A DNA stretch of 64,000 nt, taken from assembly GCA_002633005.1 (NCBI GenBank), contig NMRA01000284.1:129489-193488 (forward strand), written 5' to 3'. The translations under genes and the position numbers were made by a program. The DNA is from Phoronis australis (lineage: Eukaryota > Animalia > Phoronida). Under the pieces are notes generated by a model. The model saw only the letters and a program-made list of their open reading frames with translations. It did no database searches and was not told the DNA's origin. Shown piece after piece: positions 13,401 through 26,766 of this stretch (its first letter is position 1; each line of letters begins with the position of its first letter).

Positions 13401-16400
13401 ATCTCTGAAATGGCCATTCTGATTTATAAGAAACTTTCATACAGTACACTATATTCTCCAAAACGCTGTTAAAAATTGTTTTTTAAATTCTTGCACAAAC
13501 GGCCATAAAACATGACTTGCAATTTTCATGAAAAAAGTTGCTTGAAGGGAACAGGAAATGAGACATAAGAAAATTGTAATAGTGTTTTTGAGATTCATCT
13601 TGAAATTTGTATTGAATGAAATTCGATCATGCTACTGGTAACAGTGGTTTGCTGCCCTTATACCTTCTTTGTCATGAAATTTTATTAAAAGGCACGGTCA
13701 CATGACACAACCAATGGTACAGTCGTGAAAAGTCACAAATTGAATTCTACAGGCTTTCGGAAAACCTATAAACAGACTTGTTAATAAGGTCCCACATAGC
13801 TCTTAATGTATAATTATTGACGAGTGTTGGGGGTGCTTGGTTTCCTGGTACCTTAAATTTAACTCAACGTTAAACCACGTTTTATAAGACGTGGCCCCTG
13901 GTTGTGTAGAACCCCAAGCTACAGCTCGGGTGCACCACCCCCCATCTATAAGTCTGGTCCCTGCCACCTGTCATGCACTATATTTGTCTCTACTTTCAGC
14001 TTGAGGATAAGGAGCAACAGTTAGAGTACCTGGAGAGTAACAGTCATCAGTTGAACAAACAGCTGTTTCAACAGGAGCAGCTAGCTGACCGTATGCGCCA
14101 CTTTGAGGCTCAGGGTCAACTGGCCGACACACTACAGAGGGAGCTGAACTCGGCACAGGTGATTATGATGTGTTGGTAGTTGGGTGTGAATCTAGGCTTG
14201 TGACTTAAGGCCCAGGTGCAAGAATCGATATACATGCACAGAGCTTCGTTAAATAGCTAATTGCGGGAATTACGTTTTTGTAATATTTACCCGCAATGTT
14301 CTGTATCTGTACTCACTTATACACAGCTGCTGCGCGTATTATTATTTTACTGTGTCGGTTGCATTGTGAGGTGCATGTGGCCATGAAACAATTGGAAAAC
14401 TGAACCAAAGCGTGATAAATTCTTCTTCATTTGTCCAACTAGGCTCAATAGTGTGTTGGCAGCTTCGCATTTCAGAAAGTAGGCCAGTCATACATGGGTT
14501 GATCTTCCTCCGCATTAGAGGATAGTTGAATCCAGTGTGTGGGAATACCTCTGTGTTGGTGGTAGTTTTTACTGTCAGTGTGGAGTGGACAGGCTTAATC
14601 AGTTCATTAGTCATGGTTTATGTACGAAGGCTATTTAATAGCTTCTGCTGTAGTTTTGCAAAAACTGACATTTGTAATCTTTCTGTTAGAAAATTGGATT
14701 ATGCAAAGAATTCTTATTTTATTCTCTCTTTTGATACAGTGCTAAATTTCGTACGATTCATTTCACAAGTTTGGATGACTTCAATATTTGTTCATTTTGG
14801 TGACTTGGCTATAGCATTAGGTGCTCCCTATTCAAAACTGACTTGAATACACAATTAGCCTAGTCAGTCAATTAGCATGGCTCAGCAAGCCTAAAGGTTT
14901 GATGACTAGAACTACTCAACAAAGGAGCAGCAGTTGCAAGACAAGAATTTCTCTTCTTTGTTTGTGAACCAATGTTTGTCATTCAAGGACTGAAAAGGCT
15001 CAAATTTTAATGACTGGATTCAGTTTTCATGGACCACAGTGTCAAAAATGTCCTGCACTGTGTCAAAACTCTTTAAAATTTGTTAAACTGTAGACAGTGC
15101 AGTCACTGACATATATCTCTTCCCAAATCTCCGAAGTCATCAATGTACAGGAGTTGTGGTGACTTCAATATGCGGATTTGAAGATGATATGGAGGATCTC
15201 ACAAACATGCCTCGTTATTTGAATTTTATTTTTTTGCTTTCAGGAAACAATTAACGCGCTAACAGCTCAAAATAGTGAGCTGAGAACGCTAGTTATACAA
15301 AAAGAGAACACGCCTCAGGCACCGCCTAGCAACAGTAGTCATGACGACACAGAGAAGGAGGATTTGGTGAGTTTTACCTAAAGGTGGTTTTATCTCAGTT
15401 TGAAGTTGAACCTGTGAAAGCGCACCACGCAGTTGGTCTGTTTTTCCTGTTTGTCCTTAGTTTTGGTGGATCTGGTTCTTCTATCATAATTTTGTTGATC
15501 ACATTCTGCTTAGGCTGTAGGTCATCAGTTCAACAGTGCTCAAGCTGTTGCTGTTCACTTGTTGTGTACTCACAGCTCCCTCTGTTGTCCACAGATCAAC
15601 TCTCTGTCCACGTCCGTTCGTCAGCTGGAGATGGAGCGAAATGAAGTTCTTCACAAGCTTGATGAGGTCCGGCGTGAGTCGGAGGCTCTAAAAGTGCAAT
15701 ACGACCAAGGTATGGACACAGGCCTGTTTGTGATTGAGGAGACTCCGTTGTGAAGAGTTCACGTTTTACATTTACCCCGTCTTCCTCTTCCTAGCCTCAG
15801 ACGTGTCTGATGACACCACTACTGATGACTGCATTCGACACAATGAGGCAAAATCAGGGACCTGGGGACTTATCTCTGAATTAGAAATTATGTTTCACGT
15901 TTTATTTTCTAATTTTGTCCGAACTCAAGATATCTGTCTATTACTCTGTGCTCGAAGATAATATGTTTTATGCAGATGAGTTCTAGTGTCAAGTTTGCAC
16001 TTCATGGTCATCAGATTTGAGGTTAGTACTCGAGTAAAAACTTAAGGTTACAAATAATAACTTGGACTAAAAATTATGGCTTTAATACTCACTCATTAAA
16101 TGCACACTAGTTTTGGAATGGTTGTCATTTTCAGTTTTGAATGACAGCAATGCAGTGTCTATGGAACAGTATGAAAAGTTACAGACGGCAATGGATCAGA
16201 TACAGGTGAGTAAGAGTTGAGGTTACCTGTTGTTAAGGAGAAGGTTAGCCTGCGTTGCATAGCATTCATAAAGAGGTGACTAAATTCAGGGAAATTTGGG
16301 TGTTAACAAGGTGTTGGGTAATGAGGAAAGTAGGCAAGCTGGTTTTGGTTGATCATCATTGGATGAGATTCTGGTGAGCAGTTTGGTTGAATGATTATCA

Positions 16401-19400
16401 TTAAAGCCACTAAGCAGCATCTGGTAACGCCATCTAGTGTTGGGTCATGGAACCAGCTAATCTCTATTTGATTGGCAAACATATTGCATTCACTGCATGA
16501 AATAATGGCTAGTGAATAATACCTTTAGTTGTAAAGTTGAGCTGAAAAATGTCGTAGATGAAAATTAGTGTTTTGGTGACTAAAATGGCCACAGACGGGT
16601 GCATTAGGATTCTAATCAGTGAAACCATTAGTTGTCATTGTAAAGTGGGCTTTAAAGTGTGATGTAGTCAGATTAAAGCAGACTACTACAGTCTAGTTTC
16701 ATACGTTGCAGTTTTGGCATAAACAATTGCCACAGATGGGTTCATTAGGGTTTTAAAGAACCAAACCGTTGGTTGTCATAATTGTTGTATGACGTTACTC
16801 TTGTGTGACGTTGTGATTCTTTTCCAGGAAAAATACACCGAGGTGATGCGACTACGCGCCGACTTGCAGGACAGAAACGAGCAGCTCGAACACAGGGTGA
16901 TGGTACTGGAAGGAGAGACAGACACTATAGGTAAACGATGGAATCATGCTTGTTGGATAATTAGTCAAGCTGCGAGTTCGTTAGTGGCAGGTCGCCTATA
17001 GTCAACTGAGGGTCCACTTGACAAACCTGTCACCGTTGTAGAAGAAAGTCATTCTGTGCGTCTGTATTTGGGGGATTGTACTGAGTTGCACAACNAGTTT
17101 GAAGTTGAACCTGTGAAAGTGCACCAGGCAGTTGGTCTATTTTCCCTGTTTGTCCTTAGTTTTGGTGGATCTGGTTCTTCTATCATAATTTTGTTGATCA
17201 CATTCTGCTTAGGCTGTAGGTCATCAATTCAACAGTGCTCAAGCTGTTGCTGTTCAGTTGTTGTGTACTCACAGCTGCCTCTGTTGTCCACAGATCAACT
17301 CTCTGTCCACGTCCGTTCGTCAGCTGGAGATGGAGCGAAATGAAGTCCTTCACAAGCTTGATGAGGTCCGGCGTGAGTCGGAGGCTCTCAAAGTGCAATA
17401 CGACCAAGGTATGGACTCAGGCCTGTTTGTGATTGAGGAAACTCGGTTGTGGAGAGTTCACGTTTTACATTTACCCCGTCTTCCTCTTTTTAGCCTCAGA
17501 CATGTGTCTGATGACGGCAATACTGATGACTGCATTCGGCACAATGAGGCAAAATCAGGGACCTGGGGACTTATATCTGAATTAGAAATTATGTTTCACA
17601 TTTTATTTTCTAATTTTGTCCGAACTCAAGATATCTGTCTATTACTCTGTGCTCGAAGATAATATGTTTTATGCAGATGAGTAGCTAGTGTCAAGTTTGC
17701 ACTTCTCGGTCATCAGATTTGAGGTTAGCACTCGAGTAAAAACTTAAGGTTACAAATAATAACTTGGACTAAAAATTATGGCTTTATTACTCACTCATTA
17801 AATGCAAACTAGTTTTGGAATGGTTGTCATTTTCAGTTTTGAATGACAGCAATGCAGTGTCTATGGAACAGTATGAAAAGTTACAGATGGCAATGGATCA
17901 GATACAGGTGAGTAAGAGTTGAGGTTACCTGTTGTTGAGTTAAGGAGAAGGTTAGCCTGCGTTGCATAGCATTCATAAAGAGGTGACTAAATTCAGGGAA
18001 AATCGGGTGTTAACAAGAGCTCATTGGTTGGTGTTGGGTAAAAGAAAAGTAGGCAAGCTGGTTTTGGTTGATTATCATTGGATGAGATTCTGGTGAGCAG
18101 TTTGGTTGAATGGTAATCATTAAAGCCACTAAGCAGCATCTGGTAACGCCATCTAGTGTTGGGTTATGGAACCAGCTTATCTCTATTTGATTGGCAAACA
18201 TATTGCATTCACTGCATGAAATAATGGCCAGTGAATAATACCTTTAGTTGTAAAGTTGAGCTGAAAAATTTCGTAGATGCAAATTAGTGTTTTGGTTTTA
18301 AAAATGGCCACAGACGGGTGCATTAGGATTCTAATCAGTGAAACCGTTAGTTGTCATTGTAAAGTGGACTTTAAAGTGTGATGTAGTCAGATTAAAGCAG
18401 ACCAGTCTAGTTTCATACGTTGCAGTTTTGGCATAAACAATTGCCACAGATGGGTTCATTAGGGTTTTAAAGAACCAAACCGTTGGTTGTCATAATTGTT
18501 GTATGGCGTTACTTTTGTGTGACGTGATTCTTTTCCAGGAAAAATACACCGAGGTGATGCGACTACGCGCCGACTTGCAGGACAGAAACGAGCAGCTCGA
18601 ACACAGGGTGATGGTACTGGAAGGAGAGACGGACACTATAGGTAAATGATGGAATCATGCTTGTTGGATAATTAGTCAAGCTGCGAGTTCGTTAGTGGCA
18701 GGTCGCCCATAGTCAACTGAGGGTCCACTTGACAAACCTGTCACCGTTGTAGAAGAAAGTCATTCTGTGCGTCTGTATTTGGGGGATTGTACTGAGTTGC
18801 ACAACTGTGTATTAAACACTTGCTGTAGTCTTGAGCTGGGACTTGTTGATCGGTCACACTCACAGATTGTTATTGTTTGAGATTACACTCTGTAAGTTGG
18901 CTTGTCATGGCGTATAATTTTAATCATCAAACATGTTCTTGAGCATTGACAAATTGTTCGTTCTTTGAAAGACCAGAAATTACCTTCATCTTGGTAGGGA
19001 ACAAGTCGAGATCAATTTTGTAGTTCTGTTAGTGGTGTAAAACAAAAGTTGGTTTCTTGTCGGAGCACGGGTTTACTGCTACTTTTTACAGTAAAATCTC
19101 AAACAATGGTGGATAAAAAATAATCGCCAAGATTGGTCTTTTTCATTTTTCATGGGTTTCTGACATAGTGAAGAATGACCACAATTTCAGAACCATTGTC
19201 TGAGAGTAGCTTTGGTATAGATCATTAAAAACGCTACAGCGTTGATTTTTTGTGACTTATCTTTTATGAAGAATTTGGGAATTAAAATAAAATTTCACTT
19301 GTCTGCCATACTGTGTCCCGATTTGGTGAGATTATACCATGATGATCATCACTCAGGCTGCCAGGTTCACAAGCTCTATCTTGTGTGCTGTTACAGGTGA

Positions 19401-20933
19401 ATACATTACCTTGTACCAGCAACAGAGGGCAGCACTGCAGGAGCGGGAGAGCGAAAAGAACGAGTATATCGCACACCTGGCCAAGGACCGCGAAGAGATG
19501 CAGGTATGAACAATATAATCATGCTGTGAAAGTCATACAGTTAGTCCCAGAAATAATAGTGAGACAAAGTTGCAGGTAATTACTCCTCTCAACTCACCAT
19601 TTCAGCTTCTCTGATAGTGAATCCCACTTTCATTCAGCCATTTTGATGAGGAATTACATTGTCTTGCTCTCAGCTATTGTGACAGAGAATTCTGGGTCAT
19701 TTTGTTCGATTATTATTGCCGTATGCTGTAGTATTTTAAGGTAACCTGAAGACAACTTTGTTTAAGGCAAAGTAGAATAATCACACAGCATATATCCGAC
19801 TTAAATGTGTCTGACCTCTGTCAGAGGGTAAATGAAAGGCATAGTACCTGCGTTATTTGTTTAACCCATGCTTTGTGTTCAAAGTGTCCGGGTTGGTGCA
19901 TAGCCGCCGTTTCCTTAAAGGCATGCTAATGCCATTGTGAAGGTGTATGTTCAGAATTGCATGTCGTTAAAAATACTACAGAGCATGAAAGTTGAATTAA
20001 ATCTTTTCAAAGGAGATAGTAAAAAACGACTACGCTTGATGCCCTGTGGGGGTCGATCCATAACTATTGCTTTCTTCACTTATAGCTTTGTTGATTTTTG
20101 ATGTTTCAGACCAAGTTGGCCCAACTTCAAGCTCTCGTCATGCAGCTTTTGCAGGAGCGTAAGCAGCTGCACAACTACCGTGAGGTCAGCCCCGCCCATC
20201 CTCCAATTCACCAATCACAAGTAGCTAATCACGCACCTCCTCCGCCCTCGACCATACCGCCGGCTAGTGGCGACGAGAAGAAGCTGTTTGCCGGCACACT
20301 GGACAGTTCGAATTTAGAAGGTGAGTCTTGTTCGTCATGTAATGTGGTGTATCAGTGTTGTAACGATATGACAACTTATTGTCAACATCGCGCGAAAGAA
20401 ATACATCTAATCAAAATTGGTTCCGTGATGTTAAAAAATCATGGTTATTCTATGCCAGTTTACAGATAGACATGAGAATCGCGGTATAGATTTTTTCTTA
20501 ATGCGGAATTCCCCTTTTCGCCATGCTCTTTATTTTAAATAGGTGAAGAATTGCTTGTTTTTGTTTCTTTCTGACCAGTGGTCACTGATAGGTTTGCTCT
20601 TGTCTTGTAGACTGGCCAGACTATTCCAGCTCAGCAGATAGTGATGTCAGCGAAGTTGAAGCCATTGTTGCCAGTGGGGGTGATCAGCCTGTGATAGACT
20701 CTTCCGTGCCAAGAACTGACATAAGCATGGCCACGAGTACACCAGCCAGGCCGCAGCTGAAACCCCCATTCGCAGAACAGCAGTGGAATGTTCCAGCTGG
20801 GGACCATACAGCGCAGAAAATCATAACGCTATTGACGGAGCTTGGCTCAGCCAATGTTGTGCCGCGTGTGGACGACTTTGATAAACATCTGATGCCGTGC
20901 AAGTGTTGCTCCGGTCGTCTTCTAGTCGTTTAA
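1410..20933 (+). CDS. GOLGA2: Golgin subfamily A member 2 (GM130) homologue, spliced, 5'-incomplete
   Basis: GT-AG exons with consistent phases: 1410-1597, 2015-2141, 3286-3366, 4673-4868 (or duplicate 6210-6405), 6771-6936, 7818-7959, 8802-8894, 9342-9449, 10336-10435, 10781-10943, 11808-12000, 13072-13185, 14000-14158, 15244-15366, 15595-15709, 16135-16205, 16828-16930 (or duplicates 17294-17408, 17837-17907, 18539-18641), 19397-19503, 20110-20320, 20611-20933. Sum 2883 nt, ending TAA. Coiled-coil protein with GM130-type motifs [77 protein letters not shown] and a hydrophobic C-terminus [12 protein letters not shown]. Confidence 0.93.
2393..2645. mobile_element. MITE with imperfect TIRs (Harbinger-like ends)
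   Basis: GAGCCCGTTCCAAGAAA ... TTTCTTGGAATGGGGCCC, with internal GACTTAAGTC-type palindromes and no ORF. Confidence 0.7.
3669..6748. other. ~1.54-kb tandem duplicate (3669-5212 / 5214-6748) across a single N; probably uncollapsed haplotypes
   Basis: Near-identical copies with scattered SNPs and indels, joined at N5213. The duplicated 196-nt exon (phase 0 to 1) would frameshift the gene if both copies were used. Confidence 0.88.
9433..9643 (+). repeat. 64-bp tandem repeat containing a GOLGA2 splice donor
   Basis: Units start at 9433, 9497, 9561 and ~9622 (TGCAGTTGGTCTCACAG|GTGAG...GAGGGACTTTCC) and decay with distance from the exon. Confidence 0.85.
9802..10202. mobile_element. PIF/Harbinger-like MITE
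   Basis: ~28-bp TIR GGCCCGGTCTCCAATCTTTTTACTCGAAA / TTTCGAGTACAAAGATTAGAGACCGGGCC, flanked by CAG on both sides (CWG-type 3-bp TSD). Confidence 0.85.
15397..18805. other. ~1.7-kb tandem duplicate (15397-17094 / 17096-18805) across a single N; probably uncollapsed haplotypes
   Basis: Near-identical copies joined at N17095. The three duplicated exons total 289 nt, not a multiple of 3. Confidence 0.88.
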
Positions 20934-22130
20934 TGGGTGCATTTATTACATGTTATCAAAGCCATCTGGCATACTTGGGTATTGGTGGTGTGTATTCATG
21001 GACATAGCCTGACAACTATGGTTCTATGCCTGGGTATTTTCTAACATAAACCTTTTAATCAGCAGTTTGACTCATTAGGTCACAACATGGTTTGGCCTAA
21101 ACTCCAGCGCTACCTTGTGTTAAGAGGCAGAAACAATGATGATGTTGCTTGCATCAACTTAGATTGTCCTTTATGGCTGCTATTGTTCTTTGTTAAATGC
21201 AGCCGTTATGCTTGCCCAAGGCGCCCATTGTTGGATTAGATACCAGCAACAGTTGACTGTTGCTGGCTGTTCACTACACTGTACAGAAAGTATTCTACTT
21301 CTAATAGAGTTTGGATGAACCGAATCTGATCGTTTTCAGTCACATTTAATGTCTTCAGACATTTTGGGGAGCAGCAGAGGTCCACTATTGAGTAATCAAG
21401 TACTTAAGTTATAGCTAGTACTGATATTTTCTGGTTTGCAATTGACTTTCCAATTGAATTTTGTTGTGCGGAAGGCAATAAAATAGGTCGAGTAGTTGCC
21501 CGCAGTATTGTTTACACTGAGCTGTTCAGTTCTAAGGGCAAGGATCTCCTGAATCTTGTATTGAGTGAGCAGCACAAGCAAGTGCAAAAAGTCCTGTTGT
21601 TGATCTCGTAGTGATAGATTGGCGACTCTTAGGTTTCTTCGGAGATCTGACGAGTTTCCGGCAAAAACGGGACATATTGGGGAACAATGGTCGAATGGTT
21701 TTGTGAACCATAAACATATAACAGATCCCTGGACAGTTTTCCATGTGCAGAACGTGGGCATGTCACTCAGCAATATTGTTTGTTTTGGACTGGGATCTTC
21801 CACTGATCTGTAGATTGCTGGTGACTATAAATAGTTTGTCACCTCAGCAGTCAAATTTTCTGTCCTTGCGAGTACCAGAGTTTTTAAACTCTGTTGCCAA
21901 TGGTATGAAGTGAAAATTTGTGGCCTTTGGAAAATTGATTTTGTGTGGGAATCCGTCTGTGTTGTAAAGTATGGGGAGAGTTATTTCACTGTTAACACAT
22001 TTCTGTCATCAACTAAGTTGTGCTAGACAGACCACAGTTTGTGACTTGACTACACCAATTTGATATGTGGAATTGTTATTGCTGTAAAGTAATGTAAATT
22101 TCACCCAGTGAGGTCACTGCGTGGGAACGA

Positions 22131-22149
22131 TTTATTTATTTATAATAAA
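22131..22149. terminator. Back-to-back polyadenylation signals (AATAAA on both strands)
   Basis: + strand AATAAA at 22144-22149, 1.2 kb after the GOLGA2 stop. TTTATT at 22131-22140 gives AATAAA on the - strand, downstream of the convergent membrane-protein gene. Confidence 0.5.
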
Positions 22150-24678
22150 ACATAAATGATTCAAGCACATCTCATTTTTAATGACATTGTGAATCTACAG
22201 TACAAAATATCCAACAAATCTTTCACATTCAAGTCATCCTACAGAATTATAGGACAATTAACAACATTGAGCACACTTAAAGAAAGCACTGTTTAAAATA
22301 TTTAAGTGTCTAAAGGCCACAAAGATGAGATCAAAACGGTTACCATAATTGCCGGTTTCCAGTAGTTGCTGAGAATATCCGCACGTTAACGCAGATCATG
22401 TGACATAAATGAGATCAGCAAGTAATAAAAGGATGAAAGCCGACACAAAATCAGTTTGGGATTTTGCTAATTTTTAAAATTAGCCAATTCAGTTCGCTCA
22501 TTTCACAATGATTCTTTCCAAAGCTAACTCCGATCACTGAATTAATGCGAAGCCGACATTTACAACGTACGAGATATTCCTTCCGATTATAGACTCGTAT
22601 TCAAGTTGCAACAATTGGCGACTGGCGTATCGATGACCGACTCCGGCGACACAATAACTGCCAAAGCATTATTCATCCNNNNNCCCCCCCCCCGACCCCA
22701 TTTGCCGTTTTAAGACGTAAGCACTCGGCAATTACTTCGAAATGATTTCTACCAAACCGTTACAAACGGCTATAGATTCATGTTTTGTCCATGAAGCGAA
22801 CGATTTCATACCGCTATACTCGAACGAGTAAGAAGTGGGTTCTCAAAGAACTTGACACGTGATCGTTATTCCTCGAGACCATGCTAGCCTTCACAATCCA
22901 ACCTGTACCTACGGCCACAATCCGCCCAACGAACTGTCATTTCTTCAATTCAAAGCTCTAAAATCACATGGAATTGGACCAAGAAAGAATTGGAGATCAC
23001 TAATTTCATAACGGCAAATAAATAGTTCGCCTTTACGATTGTGGTGGAAGGCGGGTTTTGTTGACGACTCGAAGCGTTAGGATAGGCCTACTGAGTGAAC
23101 CCACATTGATGGCACTGGAATTGAAAAAAAGGTGTAAAACTATGACTGTATCACGAAGATCTGATAACACCAAGAGTTTAATTATCTAAAACCAGAGAGT
23201 CCGAAGATGTCGCGGGAGCGCGGACTAAATGATTTACCGCGAGGGCAGGGTTCGTGAACAGCCCGGCTCTAGAGGCGGAATAACAGCGCCGCATTTTTCG
23301 TCGAGTCCGTTTCTGTGAGGTGCTGATCTAGACGAGATCACTAAATGTCTAAAGGTTATCATTCCACTTTTCAGGAAGTAATAGGCTTGACTTAACACAG
23401 ATCACCCTCAACGCAATTAAAGCGAGGTCAGCTGGCTGGTATGATCAAAAATGGTTAATTTGTTTTCCGTGTGACGCATCATGACGGATGTTCGAGCGTG
23501 TACCAGCGTACTGTAAATTTTAATCGGTGTTTGCGGGAGCAGCATGCTAAATCTGTAAGCTACTTCGAATTTGTTAATAAGCTGCCAGTTCCTTTCGCCC
23601 ACCCAGCTCCCGTGAACGAAGTTATTCATCGAAAAATTACGTACAGTTAAGAATCGGACAGTGTCTTCCATGAGTTCTTTACAATAATTGGGTGATGCCT
23701 TGGCATATAGGCTAAATCATTACAAAATTACGAACAAAGACTCTTAGTTCCCATAATTATAATTTTAAGGGTATCAAAACATGTAATGAAGCCAATTATT
23801 GGGACAGTAAACGTGTTGTAAAAAAGAGGCAATTTTCTTCAAAGGCGTTTCCTGTTCTTCCTGAACGGCAAATAGGTCATCATTTTCCGTGCTTTCAGTA
23901 GAAATTAACCTCGGTGTTGCTTTGAAACAAAACATCAATTCGTCTCAAGCCTATAAATCATCTCTAATCTGAATAAGGAACAAAACGAGGCCTGATCATG
24001 GCAAGTTGACCAAATCAATTGTAAAAGGATCGAAGTACCACCGCAGTGCAACACTCGCGATCAACAAACAACATCGATTACGACAAGGAAACATAGTGAA
24101 GACTGACACATTCTAAGCACGAACCCCGGGCTGCACTCATGATCGACGTCTCAGTTTTTAGACATGTCATGCCTTCGTCTGAAAGTAGCCTAGTCCTACA
24201 GTTCAAACACATCTTATTTCCTTGACGCCACAAACAAAATGGTCACTGCTAGAGCAACTTGTTCTGCGCGCATTGACGCTGAAGTTCGGTCTACTCAGAT
24301 GTAGGTAAATATTACAACAGTTACAAGGGATTACACTGGAGAACAATTGTCCACCTGAAGCGGACCGATAGGATGTCACGCGTCACCTGTCACATTTCAG
24401 AAGGGCAATTACGGTTCGCAACTGTGGCGCAAACGGACTACCGGTGCTGTTTTTGGCCTCCGGTCTGCCTCCTTCCTAAAAACGCCTATCGAAGCATCGA
24501 ATCTGTGACATTTAGTGGCACAGTCTTCCTACATTATGCATAGAAGGGCGCGGAGGATCTGAGCAAACAGTAAAGAGTGGGTCATACATGGCAGAACATT
24601 ACTCCCAATTCACCATTGGAGGGAATGCCTACATGCATGCATTATCCCCAGACGGAGAGTTACGCATTCGCCGGGGCA

Positions 24679-25818
24679 TCACACGCAGCGCGACATCGGC
24701 GGAGTCATTTCAATTTGTTCCACGTCATCCTTGTCATGCGTTTCCAGCTCTGGAGGCAACGCTAGCTTCCACGACCAGTACACGGTTACCAAGAGCGTAC
24801 AGAACGAATTCAAAGCGAAAATTGCGCTCGTGCAGATTACGGCTAATTTTTCTTGCTTCGTATCCGCCCACTGCCAGAACAACAAGACTTCTTGTGGAAC
24901 GCTTTTAACGAAATCTTCTAAAGGACCCACGACAAACTGTTCTTGACTTTTCAGCACTGATAATGCGATAGGTAATCCGAGAGTTACGATGCTAACTATG
25001 GATAGAACGATGATGTTGACGAACCTGATCAAATAACCGTAGTGCCCCGCCTCGGTTTGCCTAATTCGCACAACACTTGTGGCCACAACAAAGGCTTTGA
25101 AGTCTACGTATTTCGTCAACCCAACAACGATGGCTAAAATCGACCCACCGTGCGTGTTCATGGCAACGTTGGTGCACTCGGCAAATAAACTTGCTGCGGC
25201 TCCGCAACGCGGTTTCAAAGAATTGAGCTGGTCACGGTTGAAAGGGCAGTTGTCAGTACTGGACTGATTGCTACACTGTGTCCAATTGACATCAATGTGA
25301 TGACAGTTTGTAGAATTAAATTCAAGTGCTGATTCGGCTTCTTTTCCACACAACACTGTGTAGTTCAAGTCAAATATAGCGAACCAAACAAAGGCGAACA
25401 GCACGGAGATCCATAAACAAGCCACCATGTAAAATGAATAAATAAAACTGGGTGTTTTTGTCAAAGGCGGGCGATTTTTCATGAATGTTATTCTTATATC
25501 GTCGTTCGTGTCTTTTTGTTCGATTGTTTTCGAGAAACACATCAAGTTAACATCTGCAACAAATCCGTATTTTGCCACGTCGTTCGACATTGCCAGATCC
25601 GAGAGCACACCACCCCCTTTAGTCTTAGACCCGTCCACTTCACTACGGTCACGTGGTCTGTAAATTCGTTTCTTGGGTTTCGTTTTGCAGAAAGCCAACT
25701 TGGTGTGGTTCTCAGCCATGTTGAAGAACATAATCAGCACCATCATAGCGAAAACAACAGCACACACTACAATCGGTACGACGACATAAAATGCCAGTGG
25801 ATAAACATCTAATGCCAT
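24679..25818 (-). CDS. Uncharacterised multi-pass membrane protein (~379 aa, single coding exon)
   Basis: Long uninterrupted ORF; the first ATG is at 25818 (the track start at 25839 is GTG). About 5 hydrophobic segments and a Cys-rich loop with NYT/NST/NWT/NQS sequons. An acceptor TTTAG| at 25846 and a donor |GTGAGT at 26279 suggest a spliced 5' UTR. Confidence 0.8.
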   Translation of the reverse strand: MALDVYPLAFYVVVPIVVCAVVFAMMVLIMFFNMAENHTKLAFCKTKPKKRIYRPRDRSEVDGSKTKGGGVLSDLAMSNDVAKYGFVADVNLMCFSKTIEQKDTNDDIRITFMKNRPPLTKTPSFIYSFYMVACLWISVLFAFVWFAIFDLNYTVLCGKEAESALEFNSTNCHHIDVNWTQCSNQSSTDNCPFNRDQLNSLKPRCGAAASLFAECTNVAMNTHGGSILAIVVGLTKYVDFKAFVVATSVVRIRQTEAGHYGYLIRFVNIIVLSIVSIVTLGLPIALSVLKSQEQFVVGPLEDFVKSVPQEVLLFWQWADTKQEKLAVICTSAIFALNSFCTLLVTVYWSWKLALPPELETHDKDDVEQIEMTPPMSRCV

Positions 25819-26488
25819 GATGAGCCCACTAACCTCCACAACGTCCTAAACGAAGTCCGCCCAAGTGTTCGTATTCTAGGTCAACAAATTACTAAGCGGG
25901 AAGTTAATTTTAGAATTCGAACGTTTCATTTAGTTACTGGGGGAGTTAAGGTTGTACTACTGCAATGACGATTCAGCAAATGTATAAGTCTCTCCCCACA
26001 TTACCTGGAATGTGTTAGACACGACTGGTTAATAACACCGAGTATGTATTTTTTATATTAAATGGGCGAAGAGCAAAGTAGTGCATAGTAGAATCCATAT
26101 TCCTTACAGGCCTTACATTTTGTAGTTAGCAAAACACTAAAACAACCAAACCGTACGCCAACCAAACCGGAATTCCCACTAGAAAGTAACTCTGATTGAT
26201 TAACAAATCGGGTGCCGCAACTGTACGTACTCTCAGTCGGAAGGACATGCAAAACCCTTCTTTTCTTAAACGTACTCACATCTTCGGCGGCGAATTCCAA
26301 GTTCACGCACAGCTGCCGCAAAAAAAATAAAACAGTAAGAGCGTCGGGAAATGTTGAGTTTATTAATTAACCCCGGTAATTAAAATTATATGGATGAAAA
26401 AAGATTTAAATGTGTGCAGTTTTGGTGTTGGGGGGAGGGGGGGGGGGGCTCAAATCCAATTTCAAGTGAACACGGCGCATTCGTAACG

Positions 26489-26766
26489 GAACTATGGCTA
26501 AGTATAGGCTCTCCCGCGATATCCCAGGCGACCGGCAGTGGCGCTGCACACTACGACTCCGTTTCCGTCGTCTGCTCCACTGTGCAATGAAGAAAACTTA
26601 CTTCGCTTTTTAAAGAAAATGGAACCTGAGTGACGATGAAAAAACAGAAGCCGCTGGTAAGATGTGAATTTTAATCGACGCCTTAGTGAATTACTCAGAA
26701 ACTGGCGATACTCTCTTTGTCAAACCTTATCTTAAGACGATTTCCAAAGCAATCCCGTCATTATTA
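26489..26766 (+). repeat. Interspersed repeat segment, also at 56069-56345
   Basis: ~280 bp of high similarity (GAACT(A/G)TGGCTAAGTATAGGCTCTCCC ... AATCCCGTCATTATT). Confidence 0.9.

Noticed and set aside
15794-15880. C/D snoRNA or hammerhead (two CTGATGA)
   Set aside because: No GAAA core or RTGATGA box, and the would-be guide differs between the two haplotype copies.
24610-24681. Selenocysteine readthrough of the TGA (RCV-U-CPGEC)
   Set aside because: SECIS-like ATGA..AA..GA patterns at ~23445-23490 and ~24140-24170 lack a proper 10-12-bp helix.
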